This document shows positions 1-8,258 of a stretch of 29,794 bases of DNA, piece after piece. The notes beneath the pieces were generated by a model that was given only the letters and a program-made list of their open reading frames with translations, made no database searches and was not told the origin of the DNA. Positions within the stretch are counted from its first letter, which is position 1. Each line of letters opens with the position of its first letter. Made by a program: the position numbers and the translations under genes. The DNA comes from a virus. The stretch covers positions 72,555 to 102,348 of the IMG/VR virus record IMGVR_UViG_3300020204_000022, one strand, 5' to 3'.

Positions 1-87
1 AACTGAAAAAGATTGGAAAATTTAAACAAAAGAAAAAACAGAATCACAAATCACTAAAATTACAATAAAATTATAATTCATATTTCT

Positions 88-333
88 ATGTCAAACAAAT
101 CCAAAATTTTTACAGCTCTCAAAGAGAGACACAGAATTTATCTTGATCTAAAACAAGAAGTTTTAAGTAGAGATCCTTATTGGAATTTGAATTTTCCATT
201 AAAAGGAGAATTACTTTCCGAGTGGAGACAATATGGAGTTAATTTGATTCGTAGTGAATTTGGATATGACCAGAAAAAAGCAGAAATTGAAATGTCTTAT
301 CTTGAAATGGAATATGGATCTTCTTCCACCTAA
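88..333 (+). CDS. hypothetical protein
   Basis: 81-aa ORF with ATG start, same orientation as and tightly packed with the next gene; no recognisable motif. Confidence 0.75.
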   Translation: MSNKSKIFTALKERHRIYLDLKQEVLSRDPYWNLNFPLKGELLSEWRQYGVNLIRSEFGYDQKKAEIEMSYLEMEYGSSST

Positions 334-345
334 TTAAAATTCAGA

Positions 346-1710
346 ATGATAAAATTAATTATTTTCGATCTTGACGGTGTTCTTTTAAATTCTAAAAAGT
401 TGCACTTCGATACTTTGAACGAGGCCTTGGGTCCTCAATTCTTAATTTCATGGGAAGAACATCTTGCAAAATTTGATGGTTTGAAAACAAATCAAAAATT
501 AGATATTCTAACGCGGGAAAAGAATTTAAATCCTTCTGAACATAAATCAATTTGGGAGAAAAAACAAAAATTGACAGCACAGTACTTAAAGAACCTAAAT
601 CAAGATCATAAATTAATTCATCTTTTCCAATCTCTTTCAAATTCCGATTATAAGATAGCGGTTTGTTCCAACTCAATTCGAAAAACGGTTTTGATCACCA
701 CGTCAAAGTTGGGAATTATAGAATTTCTTGATTTAATTTTATCTAACGAGGATGTTAGAAATAGCAAGCCCCATCCAGAAATTTATTGGTCCGCTATTTC
801 TTCCTTCGGTTTTACCCCAGAAGAAACTTTAATCGTTGAAGATTCGCCGTATGGGTTATTGGCAGCTTCACGTAGCAATTCCAATGTTCTTCGAGTTTCC
901 GGACCAGAAGAAGTAACTTTAAAAAATATACAATCTAACATAGAAAAAATAAATAAATCAAAAAACAAAATCATCCATAAGTGGAAGGAAGAAAAGTTAA
1001 ATGTTTTGATTCCCATGGCTGGAGCGGGAAGTAGATTCCAACAAGCTGGTTACACTTTCCCAAAGCCTCTGATTGAGGTAAATGGGAAACCGATGATTCA
1101 GGTGGTTGTCGAAAATTTAAATTTGGATGCACATTACATTTTTGTTGTTCAAAAATCACACAGGGAAACTTACAATTTGGATTCATTGTTAAAATTGATT
1201 GCACCGGAATGTGATATTGTTGAAACGGAAGGAATTACGGAGGGAGCAGCTTGTACCGCTCTACTGGCCAAATCTTTTATTGATAACGACCAACCTCTCT
1301 TTTTTGCCAACTCTGATCAATTTGTGGAATGGGATTCCATAGAGTTCATGTACAAAATGAACGAAACACAGGCTGATGGCGGAATGGTCACCTTTGAAGC
1401 CACACATCCCAAGTGGTCTTTTGCTAAATTAGATTCTAGTGGATTGGTAACAGAAGTAGCAGAAAAAAACCCAATTTCTAACGTAGCTACTGTAGGATTT
1501 TATTTTTGGAAAAAAGGTTCAGATTTTGTTAAATATGCAGAATCTATGATACAAAAGGAAATTAGAGTCAATGGGGAATTTTATGTTTGCCCTGTTTTCA
1601 ACCAGGCCATAAAAGATGGGAAAAAAATTATTAATTACGAGATTCAAAAAATGTGGGGACTTGGTACTCCTGAAGATTTAAAATTTTTCTTGGAAAATTT
1701 TGGAGATTGA
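346..1710 (+). CDS. HAD-family phosphatase fused to sugar-phosphate nucleotidyltransferase (GT-A/NTP_transferase fold)
   Basis: N-half: FDLDGVL, KPHPEIY, IVEDS HAD motifs; C-half: LIPMAGAGSRF..PKPLIEV, ANSD, EK, GEFYVCP, GLGTPEDL nucleotidyltransferase motifs. Confidence 0.92.
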   Translation: MIKLIIFDLDGVLLNSKKLHFDTLNEALGPQFLISWEEHLAKFDGLKTNQKLDILTREKNLNPSEHKSIWEKKQKLTAQYLKNLNQDHKLIHLFQSLSNSDYKIAVCSNSIRKTVLITTSKLGIIEFLDLILSNEDVRNSKPHPEIYWSAISSFGFTPEETLIVEDSPYGLLAASRSNSNVLRVSGPEEVTLKNIQSNIEKINKSKNKIIHKWKEEKLNVLIPMAGAGSRFQQAGYTFPKPLIEVNGKPMIQVVVENLNLDAHYIFVVQKSHRETYNLDSLLKLIAPECDIVETEGITEGAACTALLAKSFIDNDQPLFFANSDQFVEWDSIEFMYKMNETQADGGMVTFEATHPKWSFAKLDSSGLVTEVAEKNPISNVATVGFYFWKKGSDFVKYAESMIQKEIRVNGEFYVCPVFNQAIKDGKKIINYEIQKMWGLGTPEDLKFFLENFGD

Positions 1711-1719
1711 ATTTCACAT

Positions 1720-1747
1720 GGAACATTTCATCAATTCAAATATATAA
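1720..1747 (+). promoter_or_regulatory. putative phage promoter GGAAC-N18-TATAA
   Basis: Recurrent bipartite intergenic motif; 22 nt upstream of ATG 1770. Confidence 0.55.
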
Positions 1748-1769
1748 TTTGAAACTCAAAACCAAAAAA

Positions 1770-1928
1770 ATGAAAATTTTGTTTTTCTTGCTTGTCTCGG
1801 CTTTTATTCTGAGCTCTTGTTCTACCCCCGCAGAAGAAACTGCTCCTTCCGAGGAGACAACAGTGGATTCTACTGTAGTTGAATCGGCGGACACCACCTC
1901 CGTAGATTCAATCGTTGCGGCCCAGTAA
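1770..1928 (+). CDS. small lipoprotein (52 aa)
   Basis: MKILFFLLVSAFILSSC: basic N-terminus, hydrophobic core and LSSC lipobox, then an acidic S/T-rich tail; start moved from TTG 1707 to ATG 1770. Confidence 0.8.
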   Translation: MKILFFLLVSAFILSSCSTPAEETAPSEETTVDSTVVESADTTSVDSIVAAQ

Positions 1929-1973
1929 TTCCGGACAAGCTTAAAACCCGGCCCAATTCAGGTCGGGTTTTTT
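1923..1973 (+). repeat. 51-bp direct repeat, copy 1
   Basis: cagtaattccggacaagcttaaaacccggcccaattcaggtcgggtttttt is identical to 3047-3097. Confidence 0.97.
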
Positions 1974-1974
1974 T
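1943..1974 (+). terminator. Rho-independent terminator
   Basis: aaaacccggcc-caattca-ggtcgggtttt stem-loop followed by a T run, directly after the lipoprotein gene. Confidence 0.85.
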
Positions 1975-1981
1975 ATATCAT

Positions 1982-2008
1982 AAAACATAGATAGGTTTTT
2001 GTCTATAA
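1982..2008 (+). promoter_or_regulatory. putative phage promoter AAAAC-N17-TATAA
   Basis: Variant of the recurrent motif, just upstream of ATG 2014. Confidence 0.5.
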
Positions 2009-2013
2009 TAATT

Positions 2014-2946
2014 ATGGAAAATATTACTTGTAGTTTGTCTGAATGTAGGACTATTTTAACTTTTCATAATAGTGGTGAAGAGAATTTCTTTTCTAATTTT
2101 GCTATATATGATAATGTTTATAATTTATTTGTAAGTGAAGGATGGGTAAGTGTTCCACCTTACGGATATACTAATTTCGAGATAGGTAATATTTTATCAA
2201 ATGCCTTTGATGATGTAAATTTCAAAGGTATCAGAATTTCTTTATTTAATGATAAAGGAGAAAAAAAAGAATATATCATAGGAGACAATTCTTCGAAAGA
2301 AAAATATTTCTATTATAATTCTTTAAATTCTTTGGAGGGACTATTGAGTTGGAAAAATAATGTATATGATGAGGTTTTTTTGGAAACTGATGTTATATAT
2401 GACTTGGGTGCAAATATCGGTATGTATTCATTATGGGTACTCGAACACACTATATCTAAATGTTATTGTTTTGAACCTGATCCTTATGTATTCAATTGTC
2501 TGGAAAAAAACTTAAAAAAATTCACTAATACGAAATGTTTCAATATTGCTATATCTGATAAAAATGGGTTTTCTGATTTTGGTGTAAGTGGTATTCATGA
2601 CGTAGGAAGCTCATTGAATTATAAAAATAATGTTAAAGAGTGGATTAGTATAGAAACTATAAATCTTGAAGATTGGATAAAAAAAAATGACCATACGCCG
2701 CCTACAATTATCAAATGTGATATAGAGCAAGAAGAATGGAACTTTCTAGATAGCTTATCTGATGATTTTATAAAAAGTTTGAGGTACATAATAGTAGAAT
2801 TTCATTGTTTTACAGATGATAAAAAAGAATTACACAATTATATTATTAGATTCTTAGATTTGAATTTTAGTTGTAGAAATATTCCAGGTTTGCATTATCC
2901 GGGATATCACAAAACCCTAAAATTCGTAAATTTAAACTACAAATGA
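2014..2946 (+). CDS. FkbM-family SAM methyltransferase
   Basis: YDLGANIGMYS, CFEPDP, NIAISD, IKCDIE, IIVEFH motifs; ATG 2014 preferred to TTG 1999. Confidence 0.88.
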   Translation: MENITCSLSECRTILTFHNSGEENFFSNFAIYDNVYNLFVSEGWVSVPPYGYTNFEIGNILSNAFDDVNFKGIRISLFNDKGEKKEYIIGDNSSKEKYFYYNSLNSLEGLLSWKNNVYDEVFLETDVIYDLGANIGMYSLWVLEHTISKCYCFEPDPYVFNCLEKNLKKFTNTKCFNIAISDKNGFSDFGVSGIHDVGSSLNYKNNVKEWISIETINLEDWIKKNDHTPPTIIKCDIEQEEWNFLDSLSDDFIKSLRYIIVEFHCFTDDKKELHNYIIRFLDLNFSCRNIPGLHYPGYHKTLKFVNLNYK

Positions 2947-3003
2947 AATGGACTGGAATATTTCATAAATATCGCCGAGAGTCCAAAACTAAGTATTAAC
3001 TGA
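2943..3003 (+). pseudogene. frameshifted 5' stub resembling a dCMP deaminase N-terminus
   Basis: ATGA overlap with the FkbM stop; removing one G gives MKWTEYFINIAESPKL, like the W..YF..IA start of dCMP deaminases. Confidence 0.4.
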
Positions 3004-3046
3004 AGAATAAACGGAAATAACCTATGTAAATTCAACCCTTTTAGCA

Positions 3047-3097
3047 CAGTAATTCCGGACAAGCTTAAAACCCGGCCCAATTCAGGTCGGGTTTTTT
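3047..3097 (+). repeat. 51-bp direct repeat, copy 2 (contains the same terminator hairpin)
   Basis: Identical to 1923-1973. Confidence 0.97.
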
Positions 3098-3111
3098 GTG
3101 GGCAAAAAATG

Positions 3112-3119
3112 GATATATA
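3112..3119 (+). promoter_or_regulatory. putative late promoter GATATATA
   Basis: Same octamer shortly upstream of ATGs at 3128, 12335, 17897 and 23420. Confidence 0.55.
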
Positions 3120-3127
3120 AATTTAAT

Positions 3128-3565
3128 ATGAATCATTTGGAATCCTTTTTTTCTGTCGTGAAAGAATCTCGAAATTCCACAGACGATGGTGAAAAAATGA
3201 CCTATGATGATTTAATTATTTTTTTTACTGAATTAGGAATTTTTGTTTTTGAGGATCAAATCCAAATGAAAAAATTCGTTGAACAATTCGGAAGAGGCAA
3301 AGATCCCGAGGAATGGGCTGAATATCTTTTTGATTACTATCACAATCCCTATGAATATGATATTGAAGAAGATTCTGAATATTACGAGCAGATCTGTCAA
3401 TTTTACGAGGATTCAGTCGACCCCCACAAGAGGTTTGATTTACATGGATCAGCTATGAGAATAGGACAATACCAGAGATTTGATTTAGATGACATAGAGA
3501 AAACACCAGAATATAAATTGTACAAGGTCATGTCTGAAAAATTAGGTAAAAGAAAAATATCGTAG
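3128..3565 (+). CDS. hypothetical acidic protein, possible internal head protein
   Basis: ORF with start moved to ATG 3128 (MNHLESFFSVVKES) behind GATATATA. Confidence 0.7.
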   Translation: MNHLESFFSVVKESRNSTDDGEKMTYDDLIIFFTELGIFVFEDQIQMKKFVEQFGRGKDPEEWAEYLFDYYHNPYEYDIEEDSEYYEQICQFYEDSVDPHKRFDLHGSAMRIGQYQRFDLDDIEKTPEYKLYKVMSEKLGKRKIS

Positions 3566-3591
3566 AAACTTATAAGTTTCCAAGCATATAA
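3565..3591 (+). promoter_or_regulatory. putative promoter GAAAC-N17-TATAA overlapped by the perfect 16-bp palindrome GAAACTTATAAGTTTC
   Basis: Read directly from sequence; lies ahead of the TS-homologue operon. Confidence 0.6.
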
Positions 3592-3608
3592 TTTCAAAAT
3601 TCATCCAA

Positions 3609-4385
3609 TTGAAAACATTTCAAAAGCCCTCACAAGCCATAAAGTGGGCTAAGGAAAAATTGATTGACTACGGGTATGTTGTACAGACAGAAAGATGGCA
3701 GGGTATATCTTCCCCCGACGACATGTGGGAAACATTAAATACTTCTTTCTCTATGTTTGTCCCTCACACACTCGAAGGACTACGTGATGAGGTCAGACCT
3801 AATCTTCCCTGGGCGGACGATCACTTTGAAGAAAGAATCGGGGGCCAGCCGCTGAATCCACCCCCTTCTAACGAATGGTGGCCTTTCAACCAAAAGAAAA
3901 ATGCCCAATTCAAAACAGAGGAGAAATTTTCTCACACCTATCCGGAAAGACTTTGGCCGAAATATGCTTCAGATGTTCCAAATTCCATCATGGGAGGAAT
4001 TAGATATCAGTACGGGGACTTTGGAGACGTTATCAATTTGTTGCAAAAAGAGCCTTTTACCAGACAAGCTTTTCTCCCAATGTGGTTTCCTGAGGATACT
4101 GGATCTGTCCACGGGGAAAGAGTTCCTTGCACAATCGGCTATCATTTTATGAGAAGGTCCAATTACCTTCACATTGTGTATTACATCAGGTCCTGTGATT
4201 ATCTTCGCCACTTTAGGGACGATATCTATATGGCATGTCGGAAAGTTTTTTGGGTTCTAGAAAAATTAAGGGAAAAAAATCCCGAATCTTGGGGCGAGGT
4301 TAAACCTGGTTTTTTTACCATGCACATCACTTCTTTGCATTGTTTCAATAAGGAGAAAGAAGTGCTGAAACAAAACAATAAATGA
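3609..4385 (+). CDS. thymidylate synthase-superfamily protein, probable dCMP-modifying enzyme (hydroxymethylase/methylase/hydroxylase type)
   Basis: TRQA, RVPCT catalytic Cys, YYIRSCD and SLH motifs; RSCD-x7-D places Asp where ThyA has Asn. Confidence 0.82.
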   Translation: MKTFQKPSQAIKWAKEKLIDYGYVVQTERWQGISSPDDMWETLNTSFSMFVPHTLEGLRDEVRPNLPWADDHFEERIGGQPLNPPPSNEWWPFNQKKNAQFKTEEKFSHTYPERLWPKYASDVPNSIMGGIRYQYGDFGDVINLLQKEPFTRQAFLPMWFPEDTGSVHGERVPCTIGYHFMRRSNYLHIVYYIRSCDYLRHFRDDIYMACRKVFWVLEKLREKNPESWGEVKPGFFTMHITSLHCFNKEKEVLKQNNK

Positions 4386-5461
4386 AAAAATTTTGTGTTA
4401 TAATTGACGCATATCCACAATCAGAGGAGGATCAGAAAATTCTATTGGATAATCTTTTGATTTTCAAAAAGAATAACATAGACGTTCTACTTACAAGTCA
4501 CCATCCGTGTACTCCCGAGATTATTGAAAACACTACTTATTTTATTTTTGAAAAGAAAAACAATTATCATTTCTTAGATTCTGACGTTTTGAATTACAAT
4601 TTGGATGGTGTAGAAAATCCAGTTTATTTGAGTTATCTTCAAATAGGAAACGAAATGTTTAGAGACCATATAGTTGTAGCTGGTTGGTCAGTTTCTATTG
4701 TTTCTCAATTTGTCAATTCAATTAAATTTTTGTGGTCGAAGGAATATGAATTTGCCTTTTATTTTGTTGGAGATTTTAAATGTCCGGGGAATATTCAACA
4801 AAAATTCTCTGAAATTTTTTCAAATTTGGGAGATCACAAAAATTTCTTTATAAAAAATAATCCAAATTTCAGTAGCTGGTATTGTCCACATCTTTTTGGA
4901 TTCACTTTGGAAGAAAGTTTGATTAAAAAAATTCCAAATTTTGATTTTTCTGATAATTCGAATTTTCAAAAGCTTTTTCCAAATTGTTCTCTTGAAGATG
5001 TGATGCTAAAACTTTTTGGTGAAAATAAAAATCTAGTCTATGAACATTCTGAGATGGATAAATTTTTCGGATCTGGAAATTGGAATAAAGTAAGTTCTAT
5101 TATAAAACCTGGACCAAGCGCTTTACATTTCAACACAACTTCTTCTCTATTCTGGAAGGAAGATCTATCAGATTGTTATTTACTTTTTAATGTTCAACAT
5201 GAATGTCCCTTTGACAACGTCAGGTTTATAGTTGATATTGTAAACCAAAGTTCGAAATCAATTTTTAGTCGGGATATGATTCTTGGAAGGGGTGGATGGT
5301 ACAAAGAGAAATTGAATAACTTATTTTCCGATGGAGAAAGGGTAATATTTAATAAGAAAATACAAGATGTAGAAGAAACTTGTTTCTTTTCAGATTCTAT
5401 AAATATAAGAAATACAAGTTTAAAAAAATATACATCTTTGAAAAACTATTATGAAATTTAA
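4382..5461 (+). CDS. hypothetical protein of the glycan cluster (possibly glycosyltransferase-like)
   Basis: 359-aa ORF with ATGA overlap to the TS homologue; alpha/beta N-terminus (CVIIDAYP..DVLLTSH); no clear DxD. Confidence 0.6.
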   Translation: MKKFCVIIDAYPQSEEDQKILLDNLLIFKKNNIDVLLTSHHPCTPEIIENTTYFIFEKKNNYHFLDSDVLNYNLDGVENPVYLSYLQIGNEMFRDHIVVAGWSVSIVSQFVNSIKFLWSKEYEFAFYFVGDFKCPGNIQQKFSEIFSNLGDHKNFFIKNNPNFSSWYCPHLFGFTLEESLIKKIPNFDFSDNSNFQKLFPNCSLEDVMLKLFGENKNLVYEHSEMDKFFGSGNWNKVSSIIKPGPSALHFNTTSSLFWKEDLSDCYLLFNVQHECPFDNVRFIVDIVNQSSKSIFSRDMILGRGGWYKEKLNNLFSDGERVIFNKKIQDVEETCFFSDSINIRNTSLKKYTSLKNYYEI

Positions 5462-5463
5462 CA

Positions 5464-6105
5464 ATGGATAACTCTTACAACTTAAATTTAGAAGGAATAA
5501 TTGGAGGACATCTTAAAACTCTTTATTGAGGGATTAGAGCGGAAAAATGTCCTTTTGATTATGTTTTATATCAGATGTTGATTAATGAAATTCAGCCAGA
5601 TTTGATTATAGAGATAGGTACTAATTATGGAGGATCATGTCTTTATTTGGGTGATCTTTTAAATTCTATAGGTAAAGGTATGGTTCATACTATTGACATT
5701 CAGGAAGATTCTTTTTTTTCAAATTCAGAAGAAAAGAGAGGTTTAATTACACGTCATCCAAGGATTCAAAGATTTTTGGGAGGTTATCAAGAATATAACT
5801 TAGATTATGCATCTTCCTTTAAAAAAATTATGTTGATTGAAGATGGGTCACACAATTACTCGGACACTTTGGGTGTTATGAACAAATTTAAGGATATAGT
5901 AAACGAAGATTCTTATATGATCATAGAAAATGGAAGTGTTAACTGGATGGGAATTGAGCAGGCTTATGAAGGTGGTCCACTTAAAGCTATTGAAGAATTT
6001 TTGCCGCAAAATCCGCAATTTCAAATAGATAGAAAATGGTGCGATTTTTATGGTTACAATGTTACTTTCAATCCTAACGGTTATCTAAAAAAAATTAAAA
6101 TTTGA
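5464..6105 (+). pseudogene. CmcI/rhamnosyl O-methyltransferase-like gene interrupted by an in-frame TGA at 5527-5529
   Basis: ATG 5464 is in frame with 5575: TLY*GIRAEKCPFDYVLYQMLINEIQPDLIIEIGT..IEDGSH..GGPLKAIEEFL..TFNPNGYLK. Confidence 0.75.
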
Positions 6106-6115
6106 AATTATTTTC

Positions 6116-6763
6116 ATGATAGTTGTAGCAACTCACGATTCAATAAAATTTCTTCACCTTTCAATTAATAACATGAGAAAAGTGAATTTAAATGGACATC
6201 GGGTTTTGTTCATTGATACTAATTCTAAAGATATTGAATTTAAGAAAGAATTTGAAATAGCTAAAAATAATAATCCCGAATTTTTATTCGAAAGTCTGGA
6301 CTATACTTGCTGGGACAGCGGGGCATATATTTATGCTTTTGAAAAATATAAAGCGGATTCTTATATTTTTTTACAAGATTCTTTAGAAATACTTGATAAA
6401 GATTACATTTGTTGTTTTGATGATCAACTAAAAAATTTTGATGTAATTGGGCATTTCCCCTTTGATTATTTTTACGATAATGAAGAACAAAAGATTTGGG
6501 TGGAAAGCGATATTAAATTCGATTCATATCCAAAACATGGGATTTTTGGACCAATTTTTGCCGCGACTAGTAATATTTTAGAAAGATTGCCGAAAGAATG
6601 TATAAAATACCCAACGAATAAAAATCAAGGATGTGGTATGGAAAGAAGATGGTCTCTTATGTTTCATTCTATAGGGGCAACTAAAACATATTTGGAAAAT
6701 GATGATTTGTGGAAAAAATTTTCCGAAAAATATATTCACAAACATTTCCCAACGAGACTATAA
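6116..6763 (+). CDS. putative glycosyltransferase (GT-A-like)
   Basis: IVVATH, FIDTNS, WDSGAY, IFLQDS and ERRW pattern; cluster context. Confidence 0.55.
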   Translation: MIVVATHDSIKFLHLSINNMRKVNLNGHRVLFIDTNSKDIEFKKEFEIAKNNNPEFLFESLDYTCWDSGAYIYAFEKYKADSYIFLQDSLEILDKDYICCFDDQLKNFDVIGHFPFDYFYDNEEQKIWVESDIKFDSYPKHGIFGPIFAATSNILERLPKECIKYPTNKNQGCGMERRWSLMFHSIGATKTYLENDDLWKKFSEKYIHKHFPTRL

Positions 6764-6779
6764 ATTGTAAATTTCAACG

Positions 6780-6833
6780 ATGAAAAAATTAGTTCTAATT
6801 AGTTCTCATTGTGATTCTGAAGCTAAACAATAA
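6780..6833 (+). pseudogene. 17-codon gene stub (MKKLVLISSHCDSEAKQ)
   Basis: Good ATG context; resembles the start of the 4382 protein (MKKFCVIIDAYPQSEEDQ) and stops just before a promoter. Confidence 0.35.
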
Positions 6834-6852
6834 AAAATTAAAAAATTTCCAG

Positions 6853-6879
6853 GAAACATCATAACAAAAAAATCTATAA
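6853..6879 (+). promoter_or_regulatory. putative promoter GAAAC-N17-TATAA
   Basis: Recurrent motif ahead of ATG 6906. Confidence 0.6.
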
Positions 6880-6905
6880 TCATTTCATAAGACAGGATTT
6901 ACAAA

Positions 6906-7577
6906 ATGAAAAAAAACATTTTCGAATATTATAATATGGATGAAAATCTTGGTGGTTTATATCCATATCGTCAACATTTTATAAAAAGTTGGTCAACTGA
7001 TATACCATACATAAAAAAATACATAGAAGAAAAATTTACGGATAACCAAATTGGAAGAACAATAGTTGAAATAGGAGTTCAGGGGGGTGGTAGTTTACTT
7101 AAGACTTTTGACCTCATAGAAAATAAAAACGTTAAGCTTTTTGGTATAGACGTTTGGGAAAATGGAGGTGGTGGTTGTAACGGTCAGCCGATGGATTTTT
7201 TCACAGAAGAAAGCCTCGATACGATTGACCAATTGCTGAAAGAGTGCAGAACCAATCTACTGGATATTCTTTCCATATATGACCATAAAAACCAAGTGGA
7301 ATTAATTCACGGATCATCTAGGGACCAAAATGTAATATCCAGATTTGATGATAGGTCTATTGATCTGATTTACATTGATGGGGATCATAGTTTCCAAGGA
7401 TGTTATCTAGATTTAGTTAATTGGTACCAAAAAGTTAAAATTGGTGGTTGTATCATAAATGATGATTACGCAGACGAAAGATTCGAAGTTAAAAAAGCTG
7501 TTGATCAATTTTTGGAAGATATAGGTCAGAAAGATTTATTTTTCAATGGTTGGCAATCTTGTTTCATAAAGAAATGA
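6906..7577 (+). CDS. class I SAM methyltransferase (Methyltransf_24-like)
   Basis: VEIGVQGGGS, GIDVW, IDLIYIDGDHS, KVKIGGCIINDDY, VKKAVD. Confidence 0.88.
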   Translation: MKKNIFEYYNMDENLGGLYPYRQHFIKSWSTDIPYIKKYIEEKFTDNQIGRTIVEIGVQGGGSLLKTFDLIENKNVKLFGIDVWENGGGGCNGQPMDFFTEESLDTIDQLLKECRTNLLDILSIYDHKNQVELIHGSSRDQNVISRFDDRSIDLIYIDGDHSFQGCYLDLVNWYQKVKIGGCIINDDYADERFEVKKAVDQFLEDIGQKDLFFNGWQSCFIKK

Positions 7578-7598
7578 GGAACTTTTCAAATCGATAAT

Positions 7599-8258
7599 AT
7601 GGCAAACGGAGTTTATAAAATTACCGAGGATTTCGAAAAATCATTATCGGATTACACGGGTGCACCCTATGTGATATGCCTTGATAACCAAAGTAATGGC
7701 CTTTTTCTTTCTCTATATTACGAACATTATGTTTGTAAAACTTTAACTAGGGATACAATAACAATACCATCGAGGACTTACCCATCAGTTCCTTGTGAAA
7801 TAATACACGCTGGTCTCAAAGTTCAATTTGAAAAAGTTAAGGGTAAAACTCTAAAAGGTGCCTATAACCTTATAGGTAGTAGAGTTTGGGACTCGGCCCT
7901 TAGATTTACTGCAGATATGTATATCCCCAATACATTTATGTGTGTTTCTTTCACTGGACCATATAAACACTTCAAACTTTCCAAAGGTGGAGCCATTTTG
8001 ACTGATGATTATGATGCTTATTTGTGGTTTAAAAGAGCAAGATATTCAGGAAGAAGAGAATGTTCTTATCACGACGACCACTTTGATATGATTGGATGGA
8101 ATTTTTATATGATCCCCGAATTGTCAACAAGAGGTTTACTTCTAATGGGACAATTTTACAACTCAGATGGTAGAAAAAAAAATAATCCAGACCTAGAATT
8201 ACCTTATCCGGATCTTTCTAAATTCGGAATTTACACATCTCATAATACTCAATCGTGA
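7599..8258 (+). CDS. short DegT/DnrJ/EryC1/StrS-like PLP-dependent sugar aminotransferase
   Basis: FEKSLSDYTGA, TIPSRTYPSV..IIHAG, DSA, SF...K..GGAILTDD, IGWNFYM; only 219 aa. Confidence 0.78.
   Translation: MANGVYKITEDFEKSLSDYTGAPYVICLDNQSNGLFLSLYYEHYVCKTLTRDTITIPSRTYPSVPCEIIHAGLKVQFEKVKGKTLKGAYNLIGSRVWDSALRFTADMYIPNTFMCVSFTGPYKHFKLSKGGAILTDDYDAYLWFKRARYSGRRECSYHDDHFDMIGWNFYMIPELSTRGLLLMGQFYNSDGRKKNNPDLELPYPDLSKFGIYTSHNTQS

Noticed and set aside
1923-3097. CRISPR array or attL/attR of an integrative element
   Set aside because: Only two repeat copies, about 1.1 kb apart; no cas, integrase or tRNA; the repeat is explained as gene end plus terminator
3609-4385. Canonical thyA
   Set aside because: PCT instead of PCH and Asp at the dUMP-specifying Asn position; gene symbol withheld
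5527-5529. Genome-wide TGA reassignment (genetic code 4 or 25)
   Set aside because: TGA ends many well-formed genes here (e.g. 1710, 4385, 6105, 27951), often in ATGA overlaps; only one internal TGA was seen
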